A stretch of 64,000 nucleotides of DNA. Origin: Histomonas meleagridis 2922-C6/04-290x. Taxonomy: Eukaryota; Protista; Parabasalia. Position numbers and translations under genes: made by a program. Shown piece after piece: positions 12,051 through 23,571 of this stretch. The DNA lies in NCBI GenBank assembly GCA_020184695.1, contig JAANOX010000238.1:62001-126000 (forward strand), written 5' to 3'. Each line of letters starts with the position of its first letter. The first letter of the stretch is position 1. The notes below the pieces were generated by a model. That model worked only from the letters and a program-made list of their open reading frames with translations, had not been told where the DNA came from and did no database searches.

Positions 12051-12586
12051 ACTGGATATTCCTGTTAGAAAAAAATTCATGTATAAGAAATTTGATAATA
12101 ATTTTCAAAAATTAAATTTTGTAGAAATCTCATATTAAGCTTAATAAACATGTTCTATTAAATGTGCATAAAATAACTATTCATAAAAAAGTCAATATAT
12201 AATAATTAACAGGAAGTGAACGAGACCTCTTCAATTCATTAAATCAATCAATATGACGATTATAGCTTAGTGCAGAAATTTTCCCGCTAAATTAAATGCA
12301 ATCCTATAGGAAATATTAGAAGGGCACAAGCGAGAGCGTTTTGAGGTCCCATCAAATCTTAAGTTGGGAATAATTCGTTTAGATGCAGTATCAAAAGGAG
12401 TTAAACAGCCACATTTTGATTCAATTCCCCGACTTTTTGTTATGCATAACGATACCTCTATCGTCCCGATAAACCGTTTCCCATTGAATTTTCGCTTGAC
12501 GACCGTTAAAATGGAACGGACCTTCTGACAGAAAATATTTTGAGATAATAACCGTAAAAACCTTATTGCGGTTATAAACGGCCTCA

Positions 12587-14719
12587 ATGTCGTTGGTTGG
12601 GAAATGCCTTGGAATGTGTCCTCAAGAAGAAATTAACCAACGCTTAGAATCCGATTTTTCTGCAATATCACCGTTCGAGTGTGACTTCCAAGGAAATTTT
12701 CGCCCAGAATTAGCAATAAAAACATTTCATCGAAGTGAAGCAAGTCGAGAATTTAAACCAGAAGAAATTCGCCCAATCAATGTATTACAAAAAACTCTTG
12801 ATCACATATTTTCATATGTAATTGGCCAAAAATTAAATACTGGAAAGGACACATCAGAAATTCAAATGTTTCACTATGTTAATGATAAACTAAGGTCAAT
12901 TAAAAACGATATTATTCTACAAAGTCTTTTCGGTTCTGATGTTATCAGTATATATGAAACAAATATCTTATTTTATATTTGGGCGGGAATTCGTTTTTAC
13001 CAAATGGATATTTCTGATTTTGATCCTGTCCAAAACATGGAACAAATCACACAAACGTTTTTAAGTCTTGATGAACAATATGATATGTATTTTCAAATCA
13101 ACAACAGTTTCTCACCAAATGAATTTTTTTTCAGACCCTTAAATATGTTGACGTACTTAGAAAGAAGAGAGTTTATGTACAAACTATCCAAACTAAAATC
13201 TGATATTATAAATTCACATCTTATGAAAGTTGTAATTAAATTGGAAGCAATGATAAAACAGTGTAACATTGTTGGATTTTTAAAGTCGCTTTCTGGTTTG
13301 CCGATCCAATTTGTTTGTTATGCGTTAATCAATTCTTCCGGACTTTGGGTCGAAACTATAAATAATTTACGCATTGGATTCAACAAAAACACGTTCCCAA
13401 TCAGTTTTATTAGGGAAGCAATGCAAATAACAGACCCTCATTCATTTGAACAATGGTGTAATGCATTCAACATCGTTCTCACAGATGGTGATTGCAATTT
13501 TGATGTTCAAAAGAGTCCGGATCTAAGCGTGCTTCCGAATTTAGTTGTTCCAGAAGAAATTTCATTAAATCCTTGCGTACAAAACTGCATCAAATTTGTT
13601 AAATCATTAAATGTCCAAGAAGAAAGTCAACAAATTCACATAGATAGCATTCCACCTGAAAAACCAGTGTTTACCCAACAATTGGTCATCGAACAGCCAC
13701 CAGTAGAAGAAAGAAATGAACAGATTATACAAAAAGTGGTAATTTCAGAGGAACGACCGTTAAAACTGCCTGACCAAGTTACGGAGGTACCCCAAATTCT
13801 CAGAATTCCAGAAATTCCTAAACCTATCCCAAAAAAAGAGAAAGCGGAGGCATTGGCAATTCCAAGTCCTCCGTTAAAAAACGCCAAAGAAATTACAGAA
13901 AAAATCGAAGATAAAATTCGATACTCCGAAATCTCAGCCATGATTCCTAATTCCATTCCTCAAATGTCATTTTCCACTGTCCTTCTTATTGCTGATGATG
14001 GGTCCCCGAGTTCAAATTATGCCATCAACAAATTTGATTTCATCGATTCACAAACTGCCATATGTGGGAAACTTACTAATCAATCAAGCATCTGCTACAT
14101 CTTAGTAACGCGAAATCGTGATCATCCAACCATCTCATCCATACTCAATTGTCAAGAGATATATCCTCTCGAATATTCCCAAGTTCCAGTTATTACGTTC
14201 AAGGAAGACTTCGGATTCTCATCTCGCTGTGCCTTTCTTTCATGCCTTAGGCGCTCCATCATCGAAGGCATCATTGAGTTTCGACCGTTTGATGTGTCAT
14301 ATTTAGTAATTACAATTCTCTCTCGAATCAGAGAGATTGTCCTCACATCCTCATGGCGGAATTCCACGGCTAATTCTGTGCTCTCTCTTTTTAACAACGG
14401 GTTTGAGCTGATCAGCAAATCGCTTCTTTCCGAAGAGTTCATTTCTTTTTTGATTCCTTTCGAACACGGACTTTTGACGTATGAAATGATCGAAAAGTAT
14501 TCGTTCCAAATTAAGGGAATGAGAATGAAATTGTTGAGCACTGTACAGTCGAACCAAAGATTGCAGGGAACAAGTTGGCCAATGCACATAACGCAAGCAA
14601 TGAAACTGAATGTGCCGAAGTTCGTTGCGCCAATGTCAACAGCTTTTAGCCCGGACGCTTTTGTGGAGAGCGTAGTAAATAAGTTGAAAGTTAACATAGA
14701 TGAAACAGACTGTTATTAA
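12587..14719 (+). CDS. SAC3/GANP family protein
   Basis: GKCLGMCP, AIKTFHRS and EIRPINVLQKTLDHI motifs of the SAC3/GANP domain. Confidence 0.85.
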   Translation: MSLVGKCLGMCPQEEINQRLESDFSAISPFECDFQGNFRPELAIKTFHRSEASREFKPEEIRPINVLQKTLDHIFSYVIGQKLNTGKDTSEIQMFHYVNDKLRSIKNDIILQSLFGSDVISIYETNILFYIWAGIRFYQMDISDFDPVQNMEQITQTFLSLDEQYDMYFQINNSFSPNEFFFRPLNMLTYLERREFMYKLSKLKSDIINSHLMKVVIKLEAMIKQCNIVGFLKSLSGLPIQFVCYALINSSGLWVETINNLRIGFNKNTFPISFIREAMQITDPHSFEQWCNAFNIVLTDGDCNFDVQKSPDLSVLPNLVVPEEISLNPCVQNCIKFVKSLNVQEESQQIHIDSIPPEKPVFTQQLVIEQPPVEERNEQIIQKVVISEERPLKLPDQVTEVPQILRIPEIPKPIPKKEKAEALAIPSPPLKNAKEITEKIEDKIRYSEISAMIPNSIPQMSFSTVLLIADDGSPSSNYAINKFDFIDSQTAICGKLTNQSSICYILVTRNRDHPTISSILNCQEIYPLEYSQVPVITFKEDFGFSSRCAFLSCLRRSIIEGIIEFRPFDVSYLVITILSRIREIVLTSSWRNSTANSVLSLFNNGFELISKSLLSEEFISFLIPFEHGLLTYEMIEKYSFQIKGMRMKLLSTVQSNQRLQGTSWPMHITQAMKLNVPKFVAPMSTAFSPDAFVESVVNKLKVNIDETDCY

Positions 14720-14840
14720 TGTTCCTATATAATATAATGTATATAAATAAAATTTTTATTATTAATAGAAAATTTTTGATTAACTTTCAGTTATTTAATC
14801 AGATTTTAACTTCGCTTTTGTAACATATATTTTTCTAAAA

Positions 14841-15337
14841 ATGGTTTTATATGCATTGTTTGGAATTTATTTGAATAATTTCTGATTTATTTGAATAATT
14901 TAAAACTTATTTGCGTTATTTGATATCAAAATTTATTTTAATAATTTCGAATTTATATGTTTTATTTGTTCTTTATTATAATAATTTCTGATTTCTTTTG
15001 ATAATTTGAAATTAATTTTAATTGTTTCTAATTTATTTGTTTTATTTGATATTTTGTATTTATTTTGATAATTCGATATTTTAAAATAATATTTGGAAAT
15101 TCTTTAAATTATTTGAAACAGCACTTATTTTAGCATCTGAAAAAGGTAATACAGAAATAATTAAATTACTTCTTGAACAAGAAGGAATTGATATTAATGC
15201 TAAAGATATTTATTTGTTTATTTGATATTTATTTTAATAATTTAATATTTCAAAATAATATTTGGAAATCATTTAAATTATATGAAACAGCACTTATTAG
15301 AGCATCTTATTTTGGTTATAATGGAAGAAGACGTTAA
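14841..15337 (+). other. Orphan ankyrin fragment preceded by a long array of single triplets separated by 17-nt spacers
   Basis: 13 spacers in 14844-15114, then a TALILASEKGNTEIIKLLLEQEGIDINAKD module, then a second 4-spacer array (16/17/17/17 nt). Confidence 0.75.
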
Positions 15338-15435
15338 ACATTTAAATGACAAAACCGCAAATCTTTGAGTACTTTACAAGTAGAAATGCAATTGGCAAAA
15401 CGGAGGTTTCGGCGGTTTGGCCGTCCTTTTAGCAA

Positions 15436-15624
15436 ATGGGTAAGGTCCATGGTTCACTCGCTCAAGCAGGTAAGGTTCGTTCCAACACACCAAAGGTTCC
15501 AAAGATGGAAAAGCCAAAGCCACTTCGCGGCCGTGCTGCCACACGCAAACATTATAACAAGTATTTCCTCTCTGCCAATCCAGACGCCAAGCGTAAGGTT
15601 GGTCCAAACTCTCAAAGCCAGTAA
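15436..15624 (+). CDS. RPS30: 40S ribosomal protein S30 (eS30)
   Basis: MGKVHGSLAQAGKVRSNTPKV; CCTTTT (M5-like) immediately upstream. Confidence 0.97.
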   Translation: MGKVHGSLAQAGKVRSNTPKVPKMEKPKPLRGRAATRKHYNKYFLSANPDAKRKVGPNSQSQ

Positions 15625-15783
15625 GTGATTAAAATATGATTCTCTTATTTTGCATATTTTCAATTTTCGATATTATTCCAATAATACAAATCATACAAAA
15701 ATGACAATGTTTTACAAGAGGCCCTTTTTTAATGTTTCTCTTTTAGTTTTTTTTTAGAAGAATTTGCATTCAATGGATTTTTA

Positions 15784-17115
15784 TTAAATATTGGATAAAA
15801 TATTTTTGGCAGATTGTTCAATAATTCTGTTTTGATAACTACAGTGTGTTTCGTTAACCAACGTTGCAATTTTCCAATCGATCAAAGAACGAGAAATTGC
15901 AATATCTGTTGATATCATTACTGGGTGTACTATCAATTTCTTCAAGTAATCTATTTTTGCATTTCTTTCTTTTGAAGTTGAATTATTTTCGATGAACCGA
16001 GTTATTAAGTTCGCGCCGATTGTGCAATAATTTTCATATGCCGTGTTAACGTTCCCGCCTTCACGTAACATGTCGTGTATCGTTGCGAAACTTTCGCCGT
16101 TAAAACCGAAATTTGATGCGATGAATTCGAAATCTTTTTTGTTAAAGATGTCGCCACCGACTAAAATTTTCCGACTTGTTTTCTTGTCAAATTCCTCTAC
16201 ATGATAGAGTCTAAAATGATGGTTATTAAGAGGTATAGTACCATCAAAGAAAGCATTTTGATCTGAAACTTCAATAATAATCGGAGTATCTTTTCTTGTT
16301 GAAATAAATAATACAAGGCATGACCAAAAGCTTTCAACAAATTCGCGTTGTTCATCATAAACAGAATTATAAAGATTATCAAAATCATGGATAATTAAGA
16401 TTGGTTTGCATGGAGCAAGAATATCAATGCTCTGAAGAAGCATTTCCAATCCATGTTTTGGATCGTTTTTGATTTCACTTGCAATGAAATAAAAATTAGT
16501 TATAAGTTTTTGATAGATAGGATCTCTAAATAAAACTGGGACTTTTATAGAATTATTTTGGTCAACACTTGTAAGTGATTCAATAAGTGCAAGAGGATTT
16601 TTGAGTTCATATGAAGTTTTAGAATGTGCATCTGCATAACCTTTAATGGATTTGAAAATGATACTTTTAATGTATGAAACAAGGTCGTCCATTGTTGCAA
16701 CTTTGCTCATTAATTGAAAATCAAAATCGAAAAGTAATCTTCCTGTTGTAATCATTTCTTCACCAAAAGTTAATAATCCGCGCGTTTTTCCAACTCCTGA
16801 TGAGCCATAGATAACAAGGGCTTCTTCTTGAGAGGGTAAATTTACATATTTTGATAACGTTTCATAAAAATCTTTGTTAAAAATATATGGAATTGGCTTG
16901 TCAAAAACCACAATCCGTTTCTTCCTTCCAAATATAAGGAATAAAATTATAGCTAATAAAACTATACTTATAACGATAATAATTGGTAAAGAATTACTTT
17001 TCTTTTCTTGTGTGTTTTCCTGTATTTTTTCTTGTTCTGGTACAGCTTCTTTTTTGGGTGTATCTTGTTGGACTGTTTGTGATTCTTCTTTGTTTTCAGG
17101 CTGACTCTCAGTCAT
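15784..17115 (-). CDS. Membrane-anchored P-loop NTPase-like protein
   Basis: N-terminal TM helix IIIVISIVLLAIILFLIF, Walker A GSSGVGKT, Walker B-like LIIHDFD. Confidence 0.7.
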   Translation of the reverse strand: MTESQPENKEESQTVQQDTPKKEAVPEQEKIQENTQEKKSNSLPIIIVISIVLLAIILFLIFGRKKRIVVFDKPIPYIFNKDFYETLSKYVNLPSQEEALVIYGSSGVGKTRGLLTFGEEMITTGRLLFDFDFQLMSKVATMDDLVSYIKSIIFKSIKGYADAHSKTSYELKNPLALIESLTSVDQNNSIKVPVLFRDPIYQKLITNFYFIASEIKNDPKHGLEMLLQSIDILAPCKPILIIHDFDNLYNSVYDEQREFVESFWSCLVLFISTRKDTPIIIEVSDQNAFFDGTIPLNNHHFRLYHVEEFDKKTSRKILVGGDIFNKKDFEFIASNFGFNGESFATIHDMLREGGNVNTAYENYCTIGANLITRFIENNSTSKERNAKIDYLKKLIVHPVMISTDIAISRSLIDWKIATLVNETHCSYQNRIIEQSAKNILSNI

Positions 17116-17780
17116 CTTTAGATTTGTTTTGTTTACCCTTTGTCATGAATAAACTATTGAAAACTATTTAAGCTAAAAACAATTGTTCCATTCATATTAA
17201 CATGACTTATCTCTTTAAAATAGTATCTTACAACTTAAATTATTAATGTTGTGTTTAAGATTTTTCATTTCAAAAAATTTACAATTTCGATGATGTATCA
17301 ATAAAATATTTTCATCAAAGACATAATCGAATCTAAAATGCAAAAGTAAATGTCCTTTTATATTTCTTTATGGGTTTAAATTTAAAAATTAATTGAAAAC
17401 AATCAGTATAATTTCCCACGATATAAAAATATTTTAAACTAAGAATGAATCTAAAAAACATAAAACAAGGGAAACTTTATTTTCTTTGATACTTTGTTTT
17501 GAAATTTATAAATTGAAGTTAAAAATCAAAATCATTTAAAAATCTATCTTCATGAATATGTGCAATTCTTAACGCTTAGTTCTACCAACAAAAATTATAG
17601 TTTTTAAAACTATTTTGTGCAAACAAAGTCAAAAAAGTGAACACAAGCACACTTTTTAAATAATTTATCAGCGAGATAAACAATCAATGGTTAAGTGCAC
17701 TTTTTGAATGTTGACAAAGAATTGAATGTTGACAAACAATAACCAGGTCGTTAATGTCCTACTCACTTCACTTTGATAGA

Positions 17781-18206
17781 ATGTCATTGACTGCAATTAA
17801 AGTTCATGATGACTGCATGCCAGTTTGGAACGATATCAAGATCGGACACAAGTACCGTTATGTTATCTTCACATTCAGTGATGATCTTGAATATATTGTC
17901 GTAGAAAAGACAGCCCCAAAGGAGAAGACATATGATGATTTCCTCGACGATCTTCCACCACGTGATGTTCGCTATGCCGTTTACGATTTCGACTTCACTG
18001 CTGAAGATGGCACACAACGTAATAGACTCGTCTTCGTCGCTTGGGCTCCAGATATTGCTCCAGTCAAGAGGAAGATGCTCGTTGCTTCCACCAAGGCATC
18101 ACTCAAGAATGCACTTGCCGGTATTTCATTAGAAATTCAAGCTACCGATGATTCTGAAATCCAAGAATCAGAAATGCTCGCTAAGTGCTTAGCTTCAATC
18201 AAGTAA
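17781..18206 (+). CDS. Cofilin/actin-depolymerizing factor
   Basis: RYAVYDF, LVFVAWAPD and KMLVASTK motifs. TCACT Inr-like motifs before the ATG at 17781 favour this start over 17754. Confidence 0.92.
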   Translation: MSLTAIKVHDDCMPVWNDIKIGHKYRYVIFTFSDDLEYIVVEKTAPKEKTYDDFLDDLPPRDVRYAVYDFDFTAEDGTQRNRLVFVAWAPDIAPVKRKMLVASTKASLKNALAGISLEIQATDDSEIQESEMLAKCLASIK

Positions 18207-18669
18207 ACAACTAGATATGGCATCAATGCTGAGTAAACATTTGGCAGGCAATAATTTCATTTTCTTGTCTCTAATATTTCAAAACAAAACTCACACATTT
18301 TGAATAACATTGAAATTGGAAAATTATTTTTGTCAGTTTTTGTGATATTGTATCGTTCTCACTTTTTAAATGAAATAATTTCTTCAAAAATAAACGTTTT
18401 CTCTATCAGACCAAACGACCGTTTAAATTAAGTGAGATGTAATCTGAGTGAACATTTTCAATACTCCAAATCTAGATCGCATTCAAATTTGTGTTAGCAC
18501 GAATTTCAATTGCTGACATCATCTCAACATTGAAAATGATGAAGGAACTTATCAAAAACTTCAACATGTTCGAACATAAAATTGTTGTACAACATAAATA
18601 TTGATAACTTACATAAACAGATTTTCTGGAATTTATTCAACCTTTACATTTAATTACCGTTTAAGACGA

Positions 18670-19767
18670 TCAATCTATTCTGCAGAGTCGAGGGAATTTA
18701 TAATCCGGGAAATAGAAATGAATTTTATCATCTTTTATATTGAATATTTTCTTACATATCTCTATCGAGTAATTCACACCGTTTGCATGATGATGTAAGA
18801 AGACCACTTTATTCAACGGCGCCGAAGCTATTCTACAAATCCACGGATTATATGGTTTTATTGGATTTGGGCATTTTCTTAAATTTTCAAAATTATTATT
18901 TTTTATCCTCAATATGTCATCATTCGGAAATGGATGACCAATGAAATGAGGGGATGTTACGTTGACCATTGTCATGTTTAATCTTTTTATAAACTCATTA
19001 TGACAAATATCTTCCGACTTCACACATTTAAAAATAATATCCTCATACATCGGAAGCATTAACTCAACAGCTCTACGCGAATAAAGATAACCAGAGCCTC
19101 CTTGAAGGAAGCCTACGGTGTCAATATTCTTCACACAGTTGCCTAATATTATCGGTTGTCGAAGTGGATCATATTGTTTTTCTATCATTTCATAATATGA
19201 CTCTATTAGATTTGTATTAATTATATTATCATCTGTTGCACGATGAAGCCATCGATATTTTGTTTCATAATAAAAATATGAAAGTCCGAAATATGTCTTA
19301 CGAAAGATATCGATATCTTTCGAACTATAACAATACCGACATTCATGCGGAGTAATTTTGGAGACAATTTCGGTATAAAATTTGGGCGCTTTAATGGTTA
19401 AAATATCATTATGATTCTTTTGCGTACTAGTAACATTGATATCTTTCCAATCAAGAAATAAAGCTTTGTATCCTTCCATATGATTTAATTGATTAACATA
19501 TATTGGGGACACCAAATTTGGTATTTGACTTTTCGGCATTGTAATAATTAAAAATAACATTTTCTGTTCTGGTTCATTCACTATGGAATTGTTCCTGAAG
19601 ATGTAATTGATGTATATTCCTTCGGATGGACTTTTGATTAATATGAACACAGCAAATAATGTGATGAAATAGACATAATGAATGACAACAACGGCACAAC
19701 TCCTTCCTTCGGGCTCGTTGGTCGTTTGCTCCTTATCTAATGGCTCCTTCTTAATGACGTCGTTCAA
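18670..19767 (-). CDS. Type II membrane glycosyltransferase (GT31/fringe-like)
   Basis: N-terminal TM helix; WLHRATDD, QGGSGYLYSR and EDI motifs. Confidence 0.7.
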   Translation of the reverse strand: MNDVIKKEPLDKEQTTNEPEGRSCAVVVIHYVYFITLFAVFILIKSPSEGIYINYIFRNNSIVNEPEQKMLFLIITMPKSQIPNLVSPIYVNQLNHMEGYKALFLDWKDINVTSTQKNHNDILTIKAPKFYTEIVSKITPHECRYCYSSKDIDIFRKTYFGLSYFYYETKYRWLHRATDDNIINTNLIESYYEMIEKQYDPLRQPIILGNCVKNIDTVGFLQGGSGYLYSRRAVELMLPMYEDIIFKCVKSEDICHNEFIKRLNMTMVNVTSPHFIGHPFPNDDILRIKNNNFENLRKCPNPIKPYNPWICRIASAPLNKVVFLHHHANGVNYSIEICKKIFNIKDDKIHFYFPDYKFPRLCRID

Positions 19768-20230
19768 ATTTGGAAGTCTAAGTGTAAGGATAAGTCAATT
19801 CATTGAATTCATTCAAAAATTGTAACCCACATTGTCAAATTGTGAATGACCAGACGGTTAACTGTGAAATATAAACGGTTTCATTGAAAAAATTGATAGT
19901 TTTTTGAAAAATGTTAATGATGCAATATAGCTGAATTTGAGAAAATTTGCGCCAATTGCCAATTAAAATATATTTTTTTTTTGTATTTACATTTTGATAA
20001 TAGAAAAGTCAAATTTTATATGAAAAATTTTTATTTTTCGTGCAAAGGCAATACATCAATGAAAGATACGAAATACTGTGAAGCAGTAATACACAAAGAA
20101 TATATAATGAAACATTCCATGCTGAATAAATATAACATTCATATTCCGTCATTTATTTTTCTAATCCAAAATTTATAGGACACTACACACCACCCCAAGA
20201 CATTTATTTCATATAATCAAATTCGTACTT

Positions 20231-20363
20231 ATATTCAGTCACTTATCCTACAAATCACATATTCCAAATCTATACAAAACATTTATATCATTTCAAACTC
20301 ATATTCAGTCACTTATCCTACAAATCACATATTCCAAATCTATACAAAACATTTATATCATTT
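20231..20363. repeat. Two-copy direct repeat, 63-bp unit, 70-bp period
   Basis: ATATTCAGTCACTTATCCTACAAATCACATATTCCAAATCTATACAAAACATTTATATCATTT at 20231 and 20301. Confidence 0.9.
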
Positions 20364-20454
20364 AATCCGGATGCGCGTTGTCTCTATAAACGCCGCGCAT
20401 CTATCGAAAGAGACATTTTCCGAATGAATTGCCGGTCAAATCTATATAAAACAT

Positions 20455-23364
20455 TTACTTCAGGTTGAAGAAGCCCGACTTGCGCATTCCGTCGCTTATC
20501 TGCAAGCTGACCTCGTGCGTTGGGTTGAATCTCTTTTGGTAGAACTGCGATATCAGGAGCGGCAGGATGCAAATTATAGTCAGGAAGAGCGTCTTCACGA
20601 TGAACTCCTTCGTGAACATGAAGTATATATCGAACGCTTCCGGCAGCAAAAAGATCGTAATGAAGTACATCAGAAATGACAATATCTCTGCAACAACAGA
20701 TGTCAATGTGAAACGATTTAACTCAATTGCAATCAATACTAACTCAGTTAATATCATCGCAGTGAATGCAATTGATTGCATATGTCGTTCATCAATTCCT
20801 TGAAACCCATAAACATTAATCGTTGTATATATGATAACAGACCCTTGATAAATAGCTAACCAAATCCATTGCATAAACGTCTTTGGTGAAAAATATCTTC
20901 CCTTCTGACACTTTACGTAAAGTTCTGGAAATTCCATAACGGTCGACAGGTCTACAAAAGTGTCAAAAATAAGTGAAAATACAGGTAAACTAGTGAAAAA
21001 GGTGGCAAAACCCATGTTCAACCAATCGTTATACAATTTTGTGGGAACGAAGTTGTAAATCAGTGAATATATGGCTTGCGTAACGGTCATTATGACGCCT
21101 CGATGCATGACAAATTGTGCCAATCTTGAGGAATGCTTGTAACAACTAGAGCCATGCCAAAACAACAAGTTCTGTAGTTGGCTAAACGAATTAATTGAAA
21201 CATCAGCTGAAAGTGATGCTTGTTTACCTTCTTTACCAACAATTCCAATGCCAATTGATGAAGCTTGAATCATAGAAACATCATTACCTCCATCACCTAT
21301 GGCACATGCAGTAATGTCTTTATATTCCATTACCGATTTCACAACTTTTTCTTTTTGTGATGGTGAACATCTAAATACAATTACCGCTGGTGATTGGATT
21401 ACAACATTAATGAAGAAGTCGGGAAGTTTTGTTGTAGATTGTAATGCGTTCCCATTAATTACTAATGGTGGTATATATTGAGAATCAATTAAGTCAACCA
21501 ATTCTGATAAAGAATTGATGACTTTATAATCAGAATCATAAGAAAACAATCGTGAAGATAATGCTATACAAATTGCAGTTTCCATTTTGTCACCGGTTAA
21601 CATCCAGATTTTAATTTGAGCAGCTTCAAGTGCTTCAAATGTCTCCTGGACTTTGTCTTGTAACTTATCTTCAACGCCAGTGACACCTAACAACTCCATA
21701 TTATTGGAGATGTGTTGGAAACTTTGGAGGATCATTTCGCTACGGTTAGTGATTGAATTTGATGCGGTGTGAAATTCACTCAAAAATGAATTTAATTCAT
21801 CGTCGTTAAGTCCTTTGTAAGCAAAGACTAATGTACGTAATCCTTCACGTGCTAAGTTCCCAACAACTTCATCAAGCCATTCACTTGGTGGACACATTTT
21901 GCTAACACTTGTATCTGACCCTTTAATAAGTATAAATTTCCCATATTTTGTATTGCTTAGTACAATACCCATATGACTCCAGACTGATGAGAATGGTAAC
22001 GTTGCAAGAATTTCAAATTTTTCGATAATTCCATTAATTTCAACATCAATAAAATCATCTGTTCGATTAACAAGTTTTAATCCTATGCGTGAAGCTTGTT
22101 TAACTAACGCGATTTCATCCGGAGAAGAGGCTTGAAAACCTTCTTCTGTGACAGATACACAATGGCATAATGATAATGCTAAAAATGACATAGGATGTGG
22201 TGGTGTTAATGAATTGCTTTCGCAAATGTAATTATCATATTGAAGTTTTTTGAATTCCATTTCATTTTGTGTTAATGTTCCCGTTTTATCAGTAAATAAA
22301 AATTGTACTCGCCCAAGCTCTTCAGGTAATGAGGAATTACGTAGAATTGCTCCTTTGATATTTTCATCATGAGATATTCGATGTGCAAAAATTAAACGAG
22401 AAAGATCCAAATTAACTCTCATTGAGATAGGTATAATATATGAAAACAACAAGACAAATCGGACTAAAAGAACTGGGAAATTTGATGTAATACCATTAAT
22501 ACCAGCTGCTATAAAAGATGCGATAAACAAAAGTGAAAAAAGTACTGTTGAATATCTGTTCATTTCTTTTTCAAATCTTCCCATTTTAATGGATGGAGGC
22601 GCTGCATTTAAAGAGGATCGAGTTTCGGTGCTTGTATACGCAACGATACCGGTTATTTTGCCGCTGGAAACTACACAATTGCACCAAACGGTCGACTCGG
22701 GGCCGATAGGCTGATATTCGTTATTATGGAGCACCCTGCCGCTAAATTCGTATATGTTCGATTGAGGTGGTTCGATCTCAAATGTGATATCAGTGATGCT
22801 AAATAAATCATCACATGATTGTGAAAATCCTAATGATCTACGAAGTTTCCAATCTGTTTCACCATCTAATTGATCTGTTTTAATAAAGGCTGAACCAACT
22901 TCTTCGGTTGTTTTAAGGAGAATTAAATCAGCAGGAACTCTTTCACCTGCTTCAACTTCAATAATATGACCAACTAATAATTCTTCTGATTTAATACGTT
23001 TAGGTCCTTGAGGTGTGATAACTGTATACTCTTTAGAATTTAACTCAATATCTCTTTTATACGTTTGGTATTCATCCCACATTTCTTTGATAAAGGAAAT
23101 CATTAGTACAAATACAAGAGGTGAAATATATGTAATTAAGAATCCGATTCTAAATGCTGGAATAAGTTGACTCAAGGTAATAGCTAAATAGAAAAAATTA
23201 AAGAAAAATCTAAATTGTAAGAATAAAAATTTTGGAATTAAATTAAAAGCGTTGTATTTTTGATGAGAAACTTTGTTAGAAGGGAACTGGTCTGTTGGTT
23301 CTAACGTAAATATTCTAGGTGATAAATCTTCTGTTTCATCTACTTCTAAGAAACCATTCCTCAT
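20455..23364 (-). CDS. P4-type ATPase phospholipid flippase (NEO1/ATP9-like)
   Basis: DGETDWKLR, DKTGTLT, WMLTGDK and AIGDGGND motifs. Confidence 0.93.
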   Translation of the reverse strand: MRNGFLEVDETEDLSPRIFTLEPTDQFPSNKVSHQKYNAFNLIPKFLFLQFRFFFNFFYLAITLSQLIPAFRIGFLITYISPLVFVLMISFIKEMWDEYQTYKRDIELNSKEYTVITPQGPKRIKSEELLVGHIIEVEAGERVPADLILLKTTEEVGSAFIKTDQLDGETDWKLRRSLGFSQSCDDLFSITDITFEIEPPQSNIYEFSGRVLHNNEYQPIGPESTVWCNCVVSSGKITGIVAYTSTETRSSLNAAPPSIKMGRFEKEMNRYSTVLFSLLFIASFIAAGINGITSNFPVLLVRFVLLFSYIIPISMRVNLDLSRLIFAHRISHDENIKGAILRNSSLPEELGRVQFLFTDKTGTLTQNEMEFKKLQYDNYICESNSLTPPHPMSFLALSLCHCVSVTEEGFQASSPDEIALVKQASRIGLKLVNRTDDFIDVEINGIIEKFEILATLPFSSVWSHMGIVLSNTKYGKFILIKGSDTSVSKMCPPSEWLDEVVGNLAREGLRTLVFAYKGLNDDELNSFLSEFHTASNSITNRSEMILQSFQHISNNMELLGVTGVEDKLQDKVQETFEALEAAQIKIWMLTGDKMETAICIALSSRLFSYDSDYKVINSLSELVDLIDSQYIPPLVINGNALQSTTKLPDFFINVVIQSPAVIVFRCSPSQKEKVVKSVMEYKDITACAIGDGGNDVSMIQASSIGIGIVGKEGKQASLSADVSINSFSQLQNLLFWHGSSCYKHSSRLAQFVMHRGVIMTVTQAIYSLIYNFVPTKLYNDWLNMGFATFFTSLPVFSLIFDTFVDLSTVMEFPELYVKCQKGRYFSPKTFMQWIWLAIYQGSVIIYTTINVYGFQGIDERHMQSIAFTAMILTELVLIAIELNRFTLTSVVAEILSFLMYFITIFLLPEAFDIYFMFTKEFIVKTLFLTIICILPLLISQFYQKRFNPTHEVSLQISDGMRKSGFFNLK

Positions 23365-23571
23365 ATTTTGCCACTTTTAAAATAAACAATTTATTTTGCC
23401 GAAGTGTTTGACCAAAATTAGCGATCAAATGGTTTTTGTGATAAGTTACCATGTCCTTTAGATCATAGAGATACTTATTTACTCACTTTAGGGAAGTTCA
23501 AAATTTTTTTAATTATTTCATAAATTAAATAAATGAAAACCATTCATAATTATGATTTTCTTGACTATTTA

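Noticed and set aside
17704-17739. Short tandem duplications (TTGAATGTTGACAAA x2 here; a 19-bp duplication near 25599-25638)
   Set aside because: Ordinary slippage duplications with no evidence of function.
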